A DNA stretch of 64,000 nt from Prasinococcaceae sp. CCMP 1430 (taxonomy: Eukaryota; Plantae; Prasinodermophyta). Of the stretch, positions 31,795 through 43,131 are shown piece by piece. The first letter of the stretch is position 1. Every line of letters begins with the position of its first letter. The notes under the pieces are model-generated. The model worked only from the letters and a program-made list of their open reading frames with translations, made no database searches and was not told the origin of the DNA. Made by a program: the position numbers and the translations under genes. Where the stretch lies: assembly GCA_013416795.1 (NCBI GenBank), contig RQSC01000554.1:12667-76666 (forward strand), read 5' to 3'.

Positions 31795-32321
31795 CTCGCG
31801 CGTCAGACCGGGCCTGGGGGGGAAAGGCTCCAACGAGCGAGCGAGCGAGCGAGGGGGCGCGAACGCACGCACCGGCGCGGAATTGGGGCCGCGAGCGGCG
31901 CGAATTGGGCCCGCCGCGCTCGTGGCACGCCGAAGGGCGTTTGGCGGGGCGCCTGACTGCGCGTGGAGCCGTTTTCGGCTCCGCAATTCGAGAGGGGAGG
32001 AACAGAACTACGCCCGAGCCCGAGGGAGGGAGGCGGCGGCCGCGGCTGTGTCTTTGACGCGCGCGCGCGCGGCGGGGCGGCGCGCTGCAGGGTGTGTACG
32101 ACGCACACTGCGCATCGGTCGGCGACGGCCGTGTTATACACATACTGTACAGTTGCCGGCGGGCTCAGACCATCGCCGCGCCCACGAAGGCCATCCCGGT
32201 CTTGGCGGCCGCGAGCGCCGCGCGACAGTCGCCGCATGCGCCTCGGGAGGCGGCCGCCTCGGCGGCCGAGGCCGCGCCGTGGAGCCACTCGAATGCGCCC
32301 GCGGCCGCGCACTCGCGGGCC

Positions 32322-33620
32322 ATGCAGAGCAGAAGCTGCGCGAGGGCGCGGGCGGGCAAAGGGCCAGACGCAGCGGGGCCGGAGGACCGAGGCACCGGAA
32401 GCGTCAGCGCCCGAGCGCGCGCGAGCCGCCGGCGCCGCGCAGAGGCGCCGGCGTAAGAGGGACGTCCGCGGCAAGGGGCGCGTTCACGCACCTGCGGATC
32501 TCCGACGCTGAGCGCGCTCTCCCACTCGGCGACCGCGCGCGCCACCCGCGCGAGCGCGTGCAGCAGCCGCGTGGGTCTGAGACCATCCGACGCCGGCAGC
32601 GCCCCGAACGCCGGCCGGCCGCCCGCGCCCGCGCTCGACGCGGCCGAAGCAGCAGCGACTCGGGAGGCCGGTGAGAGGAGTGGGGCGATGGAGGTTACGT
32701 CGGCGCGCGCCGTCGAGTACCCGGCGGCGAGGCGCGTCGTGGCCATAGGCGACGTGCACGGCGACATGGACAAGACACGGCGAGCCTTCCGACTCGGCGG
32801 GCTGATCGATGAGAACGACCGGTGGGCGGGAGGCGACACGGTCGCGGTGCAGGTCGGCGACCAGCTGGACAGGGGGCCCGACGAGATGCCGGTGCTGTAC
32901 CTGCTGGAGAGGCTGCAGCGCGAGGCCGAGCGGGCGGGCGGGCGGCTGCACGTGCTCAACGGCAACCACGAGACGATGAACGCGGCGGGGGACACGCGAT
33001 ACGCCCACCGGGGCTCGCACGTCGACTTCGCGCACTGGCGCGAGTGGATGCGACTGGGCAACCGCCTGGTGTCCAAGTGCGGCGCGGCCGCCATCGCCAC
33101 GAGCGTCACCAGCGACGACCCTCGCTCGGAGGCGCTCGCGGCCGGCGGCGACGTCGCGCGGCGATTCTTCGCGCGGCAACCGACGGTGGTGCGCATCGGC
33201 GAGACCGTCTTCGCGCACGGCGGCGTGCTGCCCAGCCACGTCGAGCACGGGCTCGGCAAGCTCAACGCGGAGGTCGGGCGCTGGATGGAGGACGGCCGCA
33301 GCAGGGGCTCGCTCAAGCACGTCAAGGGGCGCGACGCGGTGGTGTGGACGCGCGCTTACTCCCATCAGGACACCGCGCGCTGCGACTGCGCCACGCTGCA
33401 GAGCGCGCTGCGCATGATAGGCGCCAGGCGCATGGTGGTCGGGCACACCATCCAGGACGGCGGCATCACGCAGGCGTGCGGCGGCGGGGTGCTGCGGGTG
33501 GACGTCGGCCTCAGCCGCGGGTGCGGGGACGGCGCGCCGCAGGTGCTCGAGATCATCAACGACACGGAGGTGCGCGTGCTGCGCGAGACCAACGCGGGGG
33601 CGCGAGCCATGGGCGCCTGA
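32322..33620 (+). CDS. SLP1: Shewanella-like protein phosphatase (metallophosphoesterase); intron 32453-32563 inferred
   Basis: AIGDVHGD, VGDQLDRG, LNGNHE, FAHGG, MVVGHTIQ, RVDVGLSRG. Confidence 0.9.
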
Positions 33621-33769
33621 GCGTTCGTGCCTCCGTGCGTGTACACACAACGCGGGCGAACGCGCCCGTCCCCCACTTCCCTTTTTTTTTTTAATTGGCT
33701 CGGCGAAATTGTGCACCGCGCGCGTCGCGCGGCGTCCTGGGAGGTCGAGCCTGCGCCCCCCGCCTCTAG

Positions 33770-34795
33770 CTAGGCGGACGTGCCCCGAATGAAGCTGTGC
33801 CACAGGTCCGGCAGCAGCAAGGCCAGCACGTGCGGCTCCCCGCTGCGCTCCATGGCGACCTCGAGCGTGAGCACGTCGCGGTACATCGCGCGCTGCGCGG
33901 AGCGCCCCTTGGTGAAGACCGGCGCGAGCGCCTGCGCGGCGTCCTCGGCCTCCTCGGCGCTCATCCACGGCGAGTCGGCCATCGCGGCCATGCTCGGCCG
34001 CCCCACCGAGCCGCCGAGCGCGCGCTCGATCTTTTCGAGCTCCAAGCCCACCAGCTCGCGCAGCGACGCCAGCTCGTCGCGCAGCGCCGCCAGCTCGGAC
34101 TGCTGCGCGGTGGCCGCCTCGCCGCCCTCGCCGGCGTCGGCGCCCTCCAGCGCGCCGCTGTTCACGCGGCAGGCGCGCGCGAAGAGGCCCTGGAGCAGGT
34201 ACGACGTCTGGTCCATGCTCTGGTCGCCCGCCAGCCGCTCGAGGATGTAACGCTGCACCTTGGTCGCGTCCTCCGGCCTCTGCCACATCACGTGCTGCAG
34301 CAGCAGGCAGTCGTACATCGACACCTGCGAGCGCCCCGCCGTGTAGGCGGCCACCTTGAGCATCCCCACAGCCTTCACCAGCCGCCGGTCGCTCACGTAC
34401 ACGGGCGGCTCGCACTTGTCCTGCAGCCACGCGCGCAGATCGACCAGCAGGTCCACCACCTCGTCGGGCACCTCCACGCTCTCCTCCGCGGCCTTGCGCA
34501 CGCCGCGGAAGTCGTCCACGTCGAGCTCCTCGCCCGCGGCGTCGCACGCGTCCTCGGCGTCGGCGTCCGCCGCGCGCGCGGCGGGGCTGCCGCCCGCCGC
34601 CGCCCTCAGAAGCTCGGGCAGCACGCCGGTGGACACCTGGTCGACCGCGCGGCGGAGGAGGAAGCGGTCGTACAGCGCGTCGAGCTCCTCTGACTCGGGC
34701 AGCTCGTTGGACGCGCCCACGAGGCACAGCAGCGGCACGCGCACGCGCTCGACGCCGTTGTCGTACAGCCGCTCGTTCAGGATGGTGAGCAGCGA

Positions 34796-34828
<33 letters not shown>

Positions 34829-35742
34829 ATCCACGAAGGCCACGTTGGCGTCGGGCAGGTAGCCGTCCGTCTTGCGCACGTACTCGTCGTTCTCGAGGCC
34901 GCGCAGCGACACGGGGCCGAAGAGCTCCTCGGGCACCGAGAAGCGCGTGAGCAGCCGCTCGAAGTACTTGGCCCCGCACGTGCCGTTGAGGCGCCGGCCC
35001 AGCTCCGACTTGGCGGTGCCCGGGGGACCCAGCAGCAGCAGGTGCTCGCCGCAGAGCGCCGCCAGCAGCAGCAGCCGCACCTCCGTGCCGCGCTCCACGA
35101 GGCCCTCCTGCATCTTCGCCAGCGACGCGTCGATGCGCGGCCGCAGCGCCGCGCCGTCGCCCTCGCCGCCAGCGCTCTCGGCTGTGTCCTCGCGAGGGGG
35201 CCAACCTGCCCTTTGTCGTTCGCACCGTGCAGCCCGTGCTCGAAGAATTTGAGGCCGAACTCGAAGAAGCCGCGGCAACGCTCGGCGCCAATCGCTGGCA
35301 GACCATCACGCGGGTCATCCTTCCGCGCCTGACCCCGGCCATTCTCACGGGCTTTGCGCTGGCCTTCGCGCGTGCCGTCGGCGAGTACGGCTCGGTCATC
35401 TTTATTGCGGGCAATCTGCCCAACATTTCAGAGATCGCGCCGGTGCTGATCGTCATCAAGCTCGAGGAATTCGATCAGGCAGGTGCCGCCGTCATCGCCG
35501 CCATCGCTGCCGAGCGCGCCCTCCGTCCGCGCGCCTCCTCGCTCACCCCCCACCCCCACCGCCCGCCCCTCCCAGCTGCGGTGTGCCCGCGTTCGAAGCC
35601 CCCTCCCGCCGCCCCGGTGCCGCCGCGGATGCTGCCCGCCGTCGCGTCGCCTGCTCGCCCTGGCCCGCGCACTCGCGCGAGTGCCGTGTGGCGCCGCGCA
35701 CGCCGCCCCGAGCCATCGCCAGAATCCCGTCCCCCCCTCCAT
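33770..35742 (-). CDS. ravA: RavA/MoxR-family AAA+ ATPase; inferred exon 1 at 35547-35742 and intron at 35206-35546
   Basis: [11 protein letters not shown] (Walker A), [52 protein letters not shown]. The 5' exon model is inference. Confidence 0.88.
35206..35510 (+). other. cysT: Internal fragment of a bacterial sulfate ABC transporter permease (CysT-like)
   Basis: [14 protein letters not shown]...[11 protein letters not shown] (EAA motif)...[24 protein letters not shown]...IVIKLEEFD. Frequent GAA/TTT/ATT/AAT codons, unlike host genes. No start or stop of its own. Confidence 0.85.
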
Positions 35743-36706
35743 CCCTCCGTACCCCCCCTCCCCCCTGCAGTCCCACCGCCCCGCGCGCAGAGAGCGCGGC
35801 GCCGCGCGCGCGCGCGCGAGGCGCGCGCCACGCCCCAGAACCCAAACCCCCGCCGCGCCCGCAGCGCGTCCTCGTTGCTCCTTGCGCGCGTCCTCTGCGT
35901 GTTGTGTGATGAAATACATAAACCCTTTGTTTGTATGAACCTCAAATACCGTGGCGCATCGAGAGGCGCGCGCGCGCGCACCCCCGCCCGGCCGGGACCG
36001 CCCGCAGAACCCAAACCCCCGTCGCCCCTCGCGCCGAGCGCGTATTCATGATCTTGAAAAGAATTTGTAGTTTCCTTTGGACCCTGAATGGCATTTGAAC
36101 CTCAATTTGCGACTTTCCGCCGCGGATCGCGGCCGCGCGGCGCGCGGCGTGTGGTGCACAGCGCGCGCGCGACACGCAGCCGGGCGCCACCAGCCGGGCG
36201 CGAAAGGCACTGGAGTCATTAGAACAAAAAGGTCGATTATTGTACCCACGGGAGATCGGTTTTTGCATGGGATTAGAATGCACGCGATTGAGTCCCGCAC
36301 ACTCCCTGTTCGCTACCCCGCTGATGATGAGTTCTCATCAGAGATCTTCAGTGCTGCGAGAACCGGTCTGCCATCTCGATGGGCGCCCTGCTTTTTGACG
36401 GGCAGGTTGCGGTGCAATGGGAGGTGATGGCGGTTGCGTGAAGGACGGGCGGGCCGCGCGCACCGATGGCCGGCGGCGGCTCGCGGAGCGCGGGCGAGGT
36501 GCGCGAGGGGAAGAGGGGGAGCGGGGGAGGGGAGATGGGGGGTAAGAGAGAGTGTGGCGTGGCGTGGGGTGGGCGGTGCGGGTGGCACAACGCGCGCGGC
36601 GGATCTCGCCCCGTTCCCCGCCTCGCCCCACCCCACCACCACGCACGCACACGCACACGCACACACGCACACGCACACGCACACGCACACCTCGCGCGTC
36701 AGACGG

Positions 36707-37669
36707 ATGGCGTCGATGGCGGCACGCCCGCGCGCGGCAGCCGCCGCGGCCGCGGCAGCGCCGCGGCGCGCGGCGGCGCGCGCGGCGGCCGCGGGCGTGT
36801 CGATCGACGGCGTGTCGCTCGACGAGCGCGTGGCGGTCATCTCCGAGGCGCTGCCGTACCTGAAGCGCTTCCGCGGGAAGACCATCGTCATCAAGTACGG
36901 CGGCGCGGCGATGAAGGACGAGTCGCTCAAGGCCAGCGTGGTCGCCGACGTGCTGCTGCTCGCCACGGTGGGCATCAACATCGTCATGGTGCACGGCGGC
37001 GGCCCCGAGATCAACAAGTGGCTCGAGCGCGTGGGCATCGAGCCCAACTTCCTCAATGGCCTGCGCGTGACCGACGACGACACCATGGACGTCGCCGAGA
37101 TGGTGCTCACCGGCCGCGTCAACAAGTCCATCGTCTCCCTCATCAACCAGCAGGGTGGCCTGAAGGCGGTGGGCATCAGCGGGAGGGACTCCGACACGCT
37201 CAAGGCCAAAGTGCTGAACGAGGACCTGGGCAAGGTCGGGGAGATCACGAGCGTGGACACCACCCTGATCGACGCCCTGTGCAACGCCCACCAAATCCCC
37301 GTCATCGCGACGGTCGCCACCGACGAGGAGACCAACTGCGCGCTCAACGTCAACGCCGACACCGCCGCGGGCGAGATCGCCATCGCGATGGGCGCCGAGA
37401 AGCTCATCCTGATGACCGACGTGCCGGGGATCATGCGCGACCCCTCGGACATGGGCACGCTGGTGCGGCAGGCCAACAAGAACTCGCTGCAGACGATGAT
37501 CGCGGAGGGCATCCTGCAGGGCGGCATGATCCCCAAGTCGCAGTGCTGCATCAGGGCGGTGAACAACGGCGTGAGCGCCGCGCACATCATCGACGGCCGC
37601 ACGGCGCACTCGCTGCTGCTCGAGGTGCTCACCGACATCGGCGGCGGCACCATGATCACCAAGGAGTGA
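36707..37669 (+). CDS. argB: N-acetylglutamate kinase, plastid-type, intronless
   Basis: IVIKYGGAAM, VHGGGPEIN, GLRVTD, NVNADTAAGEIA, LILMTDVPG, GGMIPK, HIIDGR, GTMI. Confidence 0.97.
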   Translation: MASMAARPRAAAAAAAAAPRRAAARAAAAGVSIDGVSLDERVAVISEALPYLKRFRGKTIVIKYGGAAMKDESLKASVVADVLLLATVGINIVMVHGGGPEINKWLERVGIEPNFLNGLRVTDDDTMDVAEMVLTGRVNKSIVSLINQQGGLKAVGISGRDSDTLKAKVLNEDLGKVGEITSVDTTLIDALCNAHQIPVIATVATDEETNCALNVNADTAAGEIAIAMGAEKLILMTDVPGIMRDPSDMGTLVRQANKNSLQTMIAEGILQGGMIPKSQCCIRAVNNGVSAAHIIDGRTAHSLLLEVLTDIGGGTMITKE

Positions 37670-37809
37670 CCGGGGTGTAGAGCGTAGGGCGTAGGGCGGT
37701 GCGTGTGGTGTGTGTGGGGGGGTGGAGAAGGGGCTGGGGGGGAGCGCACCTCCGTGGCGGGCGCGGCGCGTCGGCGCCAGGTGCACGATAATTACATTAC
37801 TTCAGCCAA

Positions 37810-40464
37810 CTAGGTGGCAATGACGGACGCGCGCGAGTCGCTGTTGAGCATGGTTTTGCCGCGCGCGTCGCCGACGATGCGCTTGAGCGCCAAGGCGTCG
37901 AAGCGCGTGTACAGCGCGTGCGACTGCGGCGCGGTCGCCCCCTGCGTGAATCTGAGCACCTCCTCGTACGTGCGCGGTGCCGAAGGCAGGCCGTAGAACA
38001 CCACGGCGCTCGCGCCGCGTATTTGCTGTCTGCGATAGAAGTGCGCGCGCTCGGTGTACACGAGCACGCCCGCCTTGCCCGTTGCGAACGCCGCCTTGGA
38101 ACGCGCCGTCTCCGAGTCGCTCGAGTACTCCGACACGAACACGACGGCGCATTGGTCCACGTCCGCGATCGCCTTGGCATCCGGCGACGCGAAGAACGCG
38201 CGCAGGCGCGTGAAGTCGGCGTAGGTGGAGCAGAGCACGAGCGTGCCGTCGCCGCCCGCGCCGCTTCGCGGCGCGCTGGCGACGGCTGGCCACGTCGACT
38301 TGTCGAAACGGTCGAAGAGCGCATCCGCGGCGGTGGACGCCGACGAGGCTGCCACTCGCTCAAACTGTTGCCGGCAGCCGAGCGGCGCGCGCCGCGCGGC
38401 GCACGCGTGGCGCGACGTGGGCGCGTGCAGCCGCACGCGCCCCGCGGCGCTCGCACAGCCGCGCTCGATGACCGCGCGCATCGCGGGCGTTTCCCACTCC
38501 GCCAGGACGATCGTCTGCCGCAGGTGGCGCCCGAGGCCGCTCAGATACGCGTGGCGCGCGCGCGTGAGGTCCGCGTCGCGCTGCGAGCTGGGCATCTCGC
38601 TGAGGCTGTCCATCACCGTGCTCACGTGTGCCCAGTTCTGCAGGCTCAGCATGTGCGCGTGGTCGACCACCGCGATCTCGATGGAGCTCAAATAGTCGCA
38701 CGTGCCGGGGGCGTCCACGTGGGTCAGGTCGACGTCGTCCTTGTTGGTGCGGTCGAACTTGCTGCCCTCCTTCTTGCTCTTGCCGCCCTTGCCCGCCTGC
38801 TTGCCCGCCTGCTTGCCATCCTTGCCCTGGGCTCGCGTGGGAGAGGCGCGCGCGACACACACGCGCGCGCACAACGCGCCAAGACCGTCAGCGCCCTGCA
38901 CGGCGCGAACCAACGGCGCGAAACATGCCGGCGCGCTCCGCGCTCACTCCGACGGGGCTCACCTTTGGGGGCACGGACCCTCGCTCGATGCGCACGACCA
39001 GGCCGAGGGGGCTCGCCACGATGATGTCCGCGCCGTACAGCCCCGCGAAGAGCCGCACGCTCTTGCGCGTGAACTTGATTCCCACCACGAAGTTGTCGTC
39101 GTTGTTGCCGCTGAAGAGCGCTCTGAAGTCGTCTGGCTTGGCACGCCGGCGCGCGCGCGCCTTGCGCCGCTCCTTGCGCAGCGCCGCCCGCGCGCGCCGC
39201 TCGGCCGCACCGGCGGCCGCGTTTCCGGTGATGCTGTTCCTCGTGCCATCACCCGCCGCGCGGGCGCCTCCTTCGCCCGCGCCCTCGCCCTCGCTGCCGC
39301 TGCCGCTCTCGTCGTCGGTGTCGGCGTCGCTGTCGGTCTCCTCGCCGGGGCCGAACCCGTCGTCGAGCCTGTCCTTGCCGACGACCTCGACAGTCTGGCT
39401 CGCGGGACACATCTCCAGCAGGCGGCGGATGGCACGCCACGCGGCGTTCCTGTTGGGCAAGAGCAGGAGCACCTTGGGGCGCGTGAAGCCCTGGTCGCGC
39501 TGCGGCTCGAAGGCCGCATCGCCGCGGCGCTGCGCGTCGGCCTCTTTCTCCGTGTTTTTTGCGACGGTGTCGCGCGTCTTCAAGACGTGGTTGATGCAGT
39601 GGAGCAGATAGGCGTCGCCCACCGCGCCAGGCGCGAGGCGCACCGGCGGGCGACGCGGCGTTACGATCGCGTCGCGGTAGTCGTGGAATGCGTCGTACGA
39701 GAGCTGCGCCAGTGGATCGCTCAGTAGCACGTCCGCGCCGGCCGCGCCAGGGTCGAGCTCGTTGAGGCGCGCGAGGAGACGCGCCTTGACGGCATATGCG
39801 GCGCGCGGCCGGCCCGCGCATGGCGCAGGCTCGACGTCGCTCGCAGCCACCGCGCCCTCTGCCAGCTCCGGCGCCGCGCACTTGTGCACGAGCGGCGGTC
39901 GGCCGCTCGCGAGCATTGCAGTGACGTCCGCGACGTCGTCTCGGTTGAGGTGGACGCGAAACGGGTCCACGGAGGGAACGGCGGACGTCGCGGCGACTCC
40001 TTCGCCCTTCCCTTCGTCCCCGCTGTCCGTCTCGTCCGCCTCGGCCGCGAGCGCCGCTGCGTCCTCGCGAGCCCTCGCCTCGGCCTCGGCAGCGAGCTCC
40101 TCGCGCTGCTTGAGCGACAGCTTCTTCCGCTTCGGCTCGCCGCGCCCGACGCCCGTGCCAGCACCCGCCGGCCCGCCTCGCGGTGCAGCGAGAGCCCCGG
40201 CCGTCCTAGGCTTTCGCTTGTTGCCGCCCTCGCTCCTGTCCCCCCCCACCGCCGCGAGCAGCGCGGCGTACGCATCGGCGCGCGCTCCGCGGCCACCGCC
40301 GCTGCCGCCGCGCGGGGCGCTGTCGCCCCAGCCCGGCTTGCCGCGCAGGCAGATGCCGTACACGCCGTTCTTGGGGTCGTGGATCTTGGCGGCCACGGCG
40401 CGCCCGCCGGCGCGCCCGCGGCGAGCTCAGCGAGCGTCGGCGTCGCGCGCCGGCGCTTTCCCAT
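37810..40464 (-). CDS. UTP25: U3 snoRNA-associated protein 25 (DIEXF/DUF1253); introns 38827-38962 and putatively 40320-40396
   Basis: YLLHCINHVLK, RDQGFTRPKVLLLLP, GNNDDNFVVGIK, DIIVASPLGL, DYLSSIEI, LQNWAHV, YTERAHFYRR. Confidence 0.92.
40320..40396 (-). other. 77-bp fragment resembling a bacterial polyol/sugar ABC substrate-binding protein (SmoE/MtlE-like), bounded by GT and AG
   Basis: Translates to VAAKIHDPKNGVYGICLRGKPGWGD. GICLRGKxGWG is recalled as a signature of that family. Confidence 0.65.
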
Positions 40465-41172
40465 GGTCGAAGCGCACGCGCGCCTACCGCCGCAACCGCC
40501 GCCGCCGCCACCACCACGCACACCCACGCCCACCAACGCCACACCCCCTCTGTGTGGCGCGGCGCAGCAGCCGCCAGCGCACACGCGCAGCCGCCGGGTT
40601 GCTCGAACACACTTACGGTTACATCAAAAACCGCAACACCCTTGGGGCCAGCCTGTCGCCGATGAACATGTGATCGCATCAGAATGAGACGCGCGTTTCC
40701 ATTGTTGAACCCTGAATGTCAAATGCGTTTTGATGGGCGTTCGCGCGCGCCAACCGTTCCCGGTTCCCGCCCGGCCGCCAGCTGTTTCGCGGGCACGCGC
40801 GCGCGCTTCCGCGCGGCCGAGCGCGCGACGCGCCGCCGGCTGCCACAGCGCGCGAGGGGGAGAGAGGCGAGCGGCGCGCGCGAGGCGAGGCCCCGCGCGC
40901 GCGCCGCTCTCCCCTTCGTCCTCACGTTCTCTTGGCGGCGGCCCGCGGCTGCGTGCCGCGTGGTGCGCGCCGAGCGGGCGCTCCCTGAGCGCGGGCGAAA
41001 CTCGCGGGGGGCGCCGCGTGGCTCCTTGTTCGCCACAGGGTGTGTGCCGCGACGAACAACCCCTGCCAGCCTGCCCGTCCTCCTCCCCCCCCCCTCCAAC
41101 ACACACACACACACACGCACGCACGCACGCACGCACCGTCTCACGTGAGCGTGCGTGCCTCCATCGGGCGGC

Positions 41173-43022
41173 ATGGAGGGCGGCGCCCCGCCGCCGGTGG
41201 GCGGGGGCCAGGCGTGGGGGCAAGCACAGGCGCAGGGCGCCGACGGGGGCCAGCCGCGGCAGCAGGGCGACGCGGGGCAGGCGGTGTTTCAGCACGCGCC
41301 GGCCGAGCACGGCAGCAGCGCAGATGCCTTCGTGACGCAGCTCAAACAGCTCCAGCAGCCGCCGCTGCAGCGGCAGCCGCAGCAGCAGGTGTCACCTGCG
41401 GTCCACGACACAGCTGTGACGGGGCCGGCGCGGCTGGCCCAGGCGCCAATGGAGGAAGGGGCGGGGCAAGCCGGCGTAGGCACAGTCGCTCGGGCGCGAC
41501 ATCACAGGCGTGCGATCAGCCTCGATGCCGCCGGCATCGCCGCGGCGATGGGGCGGCAGTCGCAGCCGCAGCCAACCGTGCGCGACCTTGTGCTCCAGAG
41601 GCAGGAGCTCGAGCCAATGCCCCGGCAGGACGGCGGGGCCGCGCAGATACAGGCGAACATTCAGGCGGCCATACAGCGGAGCCTCAAGTTGGCGACGGCG
41701 CAGCCGCAGCCATTCTCTGCTCCAGCGCACGCGTTCCAGCGGGGCGCTGCCTCTGGTGTAGCCCTCGGTGGAGGGAGTGCCTGGGCTGACCCGGGCGCGC
41801 CGAGCGCAGCGGGGCACATGCCTCTGCGGCCTCAGCACGGCCAGGATGCGCAACAGCAAGCCGTCGGCGGCGGCGATGTCGGACCCGGCCCGTCCAGCGA
41901 TGCGAGCGCCGCCGTCAACGCCGGGATTCAGGCGCTCATGTTCGCGGACGGTGTGAAGGAGGTCAAGAAATTGGTTCAGAGCGGGAGCATCGACAATCTC
42001 ATGGACTCGGTCACGGAGATCTCCGTGCCCGCGACACACATGGCCGCTGCGCAGGAGCTCGGCCTTCCCCCGGACGAATCGTGCGCGATGAGCATCGTGC
42101 CTGAAGACTCGACAGTGTCGATGCAGGCGCAGCAGGGGGCGGCTGCGACGGCCGGCGAGGATGAGGCGCACACGGCCCTGCGTGCGAATGGCTGCGCCGG
42201 CGCCAGCGCGAGCGGCAAGAATGCGCGCAAGCAAGACTTTGCCGAGACGGCGCGCGCGCACCTTCCCAGGCACAAGCGCTCCAAGTCTCTCGACGCGAGC
42301 CAGCTCGGGTTGTCCGCACTGGCCAACGCGACCGCGCAAGCCACTGCGCGCATCGCCGCGCCAGGCATGAATACGAGCGCTTCCGCCAGCGGTCTCGCGG
42401 CCATCGCCGACGCGGACACTGCGCATGCAAGAGCAGACAGCGCGGCCGGCGCGGGAGGCGGCGGCGGCGCGCTCGGCGAGGGTGCGGCGACGGAGGCAGG
42501 CACGAGCGGCCAAGCTGCCAGCGGAGCAGCCGGTGCAAGTGGTGACGCCGACGCTGCGCTGGATCCGAAGACGGCAAAGCGCATCCTGGCCAACAGGCAG
42601 GCCGCCGCGCGTTCCAAGGAGCGCAAGACGCGCTATGTCGCAGAGCTGGAGAAGCGAATGACGCATGCAGAGGCCAGCAGGGACAAGGTGGGGCGATGCG
42701 CGCGCCTGCGCCTGGGGCTGTCTGTGTGTGTGTGCGCGCGCGCGCGCGTCGGGCGCGGACCAGCCGCCTGGCACCACCGCGCTGACAATGGCATGCGCGC
42801 GCGGCCCCTGCGTAGAACATGACGGACCTTCGCGAGCTGAAGCAGGTGTCGGCATCCCTGGAAGACGAGAAAGCCAAGCTCGTCGCGGCCATACTCGACT
42901 GCGAGAACGCGATCGCGGCAAAGACTGGCGCCCAGCACCTCCTCGCGGCCGAGTCTGAGGCTTTGAAACAGCGCCTCGGGCTGCACCAGCTGTCGTCGCA
43001 AGTGCGCCCATCGCCGCAATGA
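41173..43022 (+). CDS. bZIP transcription factor, group I (VIP1/RF2-like); intron 42688-42815
   Basis: LDPKTAKRILANRQAAARSKERKTRYVAELE with Lys at the N-x7 position, plus HRRAIS and HKRSKSLD motifs. The zipper continues in exon 2. Confidence 0.9.
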
Positions 43023-43131
43023 CTCCGTGCGGGCACGCTCCCGGGCAAAGCCCCGCGCCTGCACAACGCACACACAGGACCTTCTGGCAGATCGGGTGGG
43101 TCCTCGCGTAAATAATATACATACGTAGATT

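Noticed and set aside
32561-32566. NAGNAG tandem acceptor in the SLP gene
   Set aside because: This is a common feature that changes one residue in a transit peptide.
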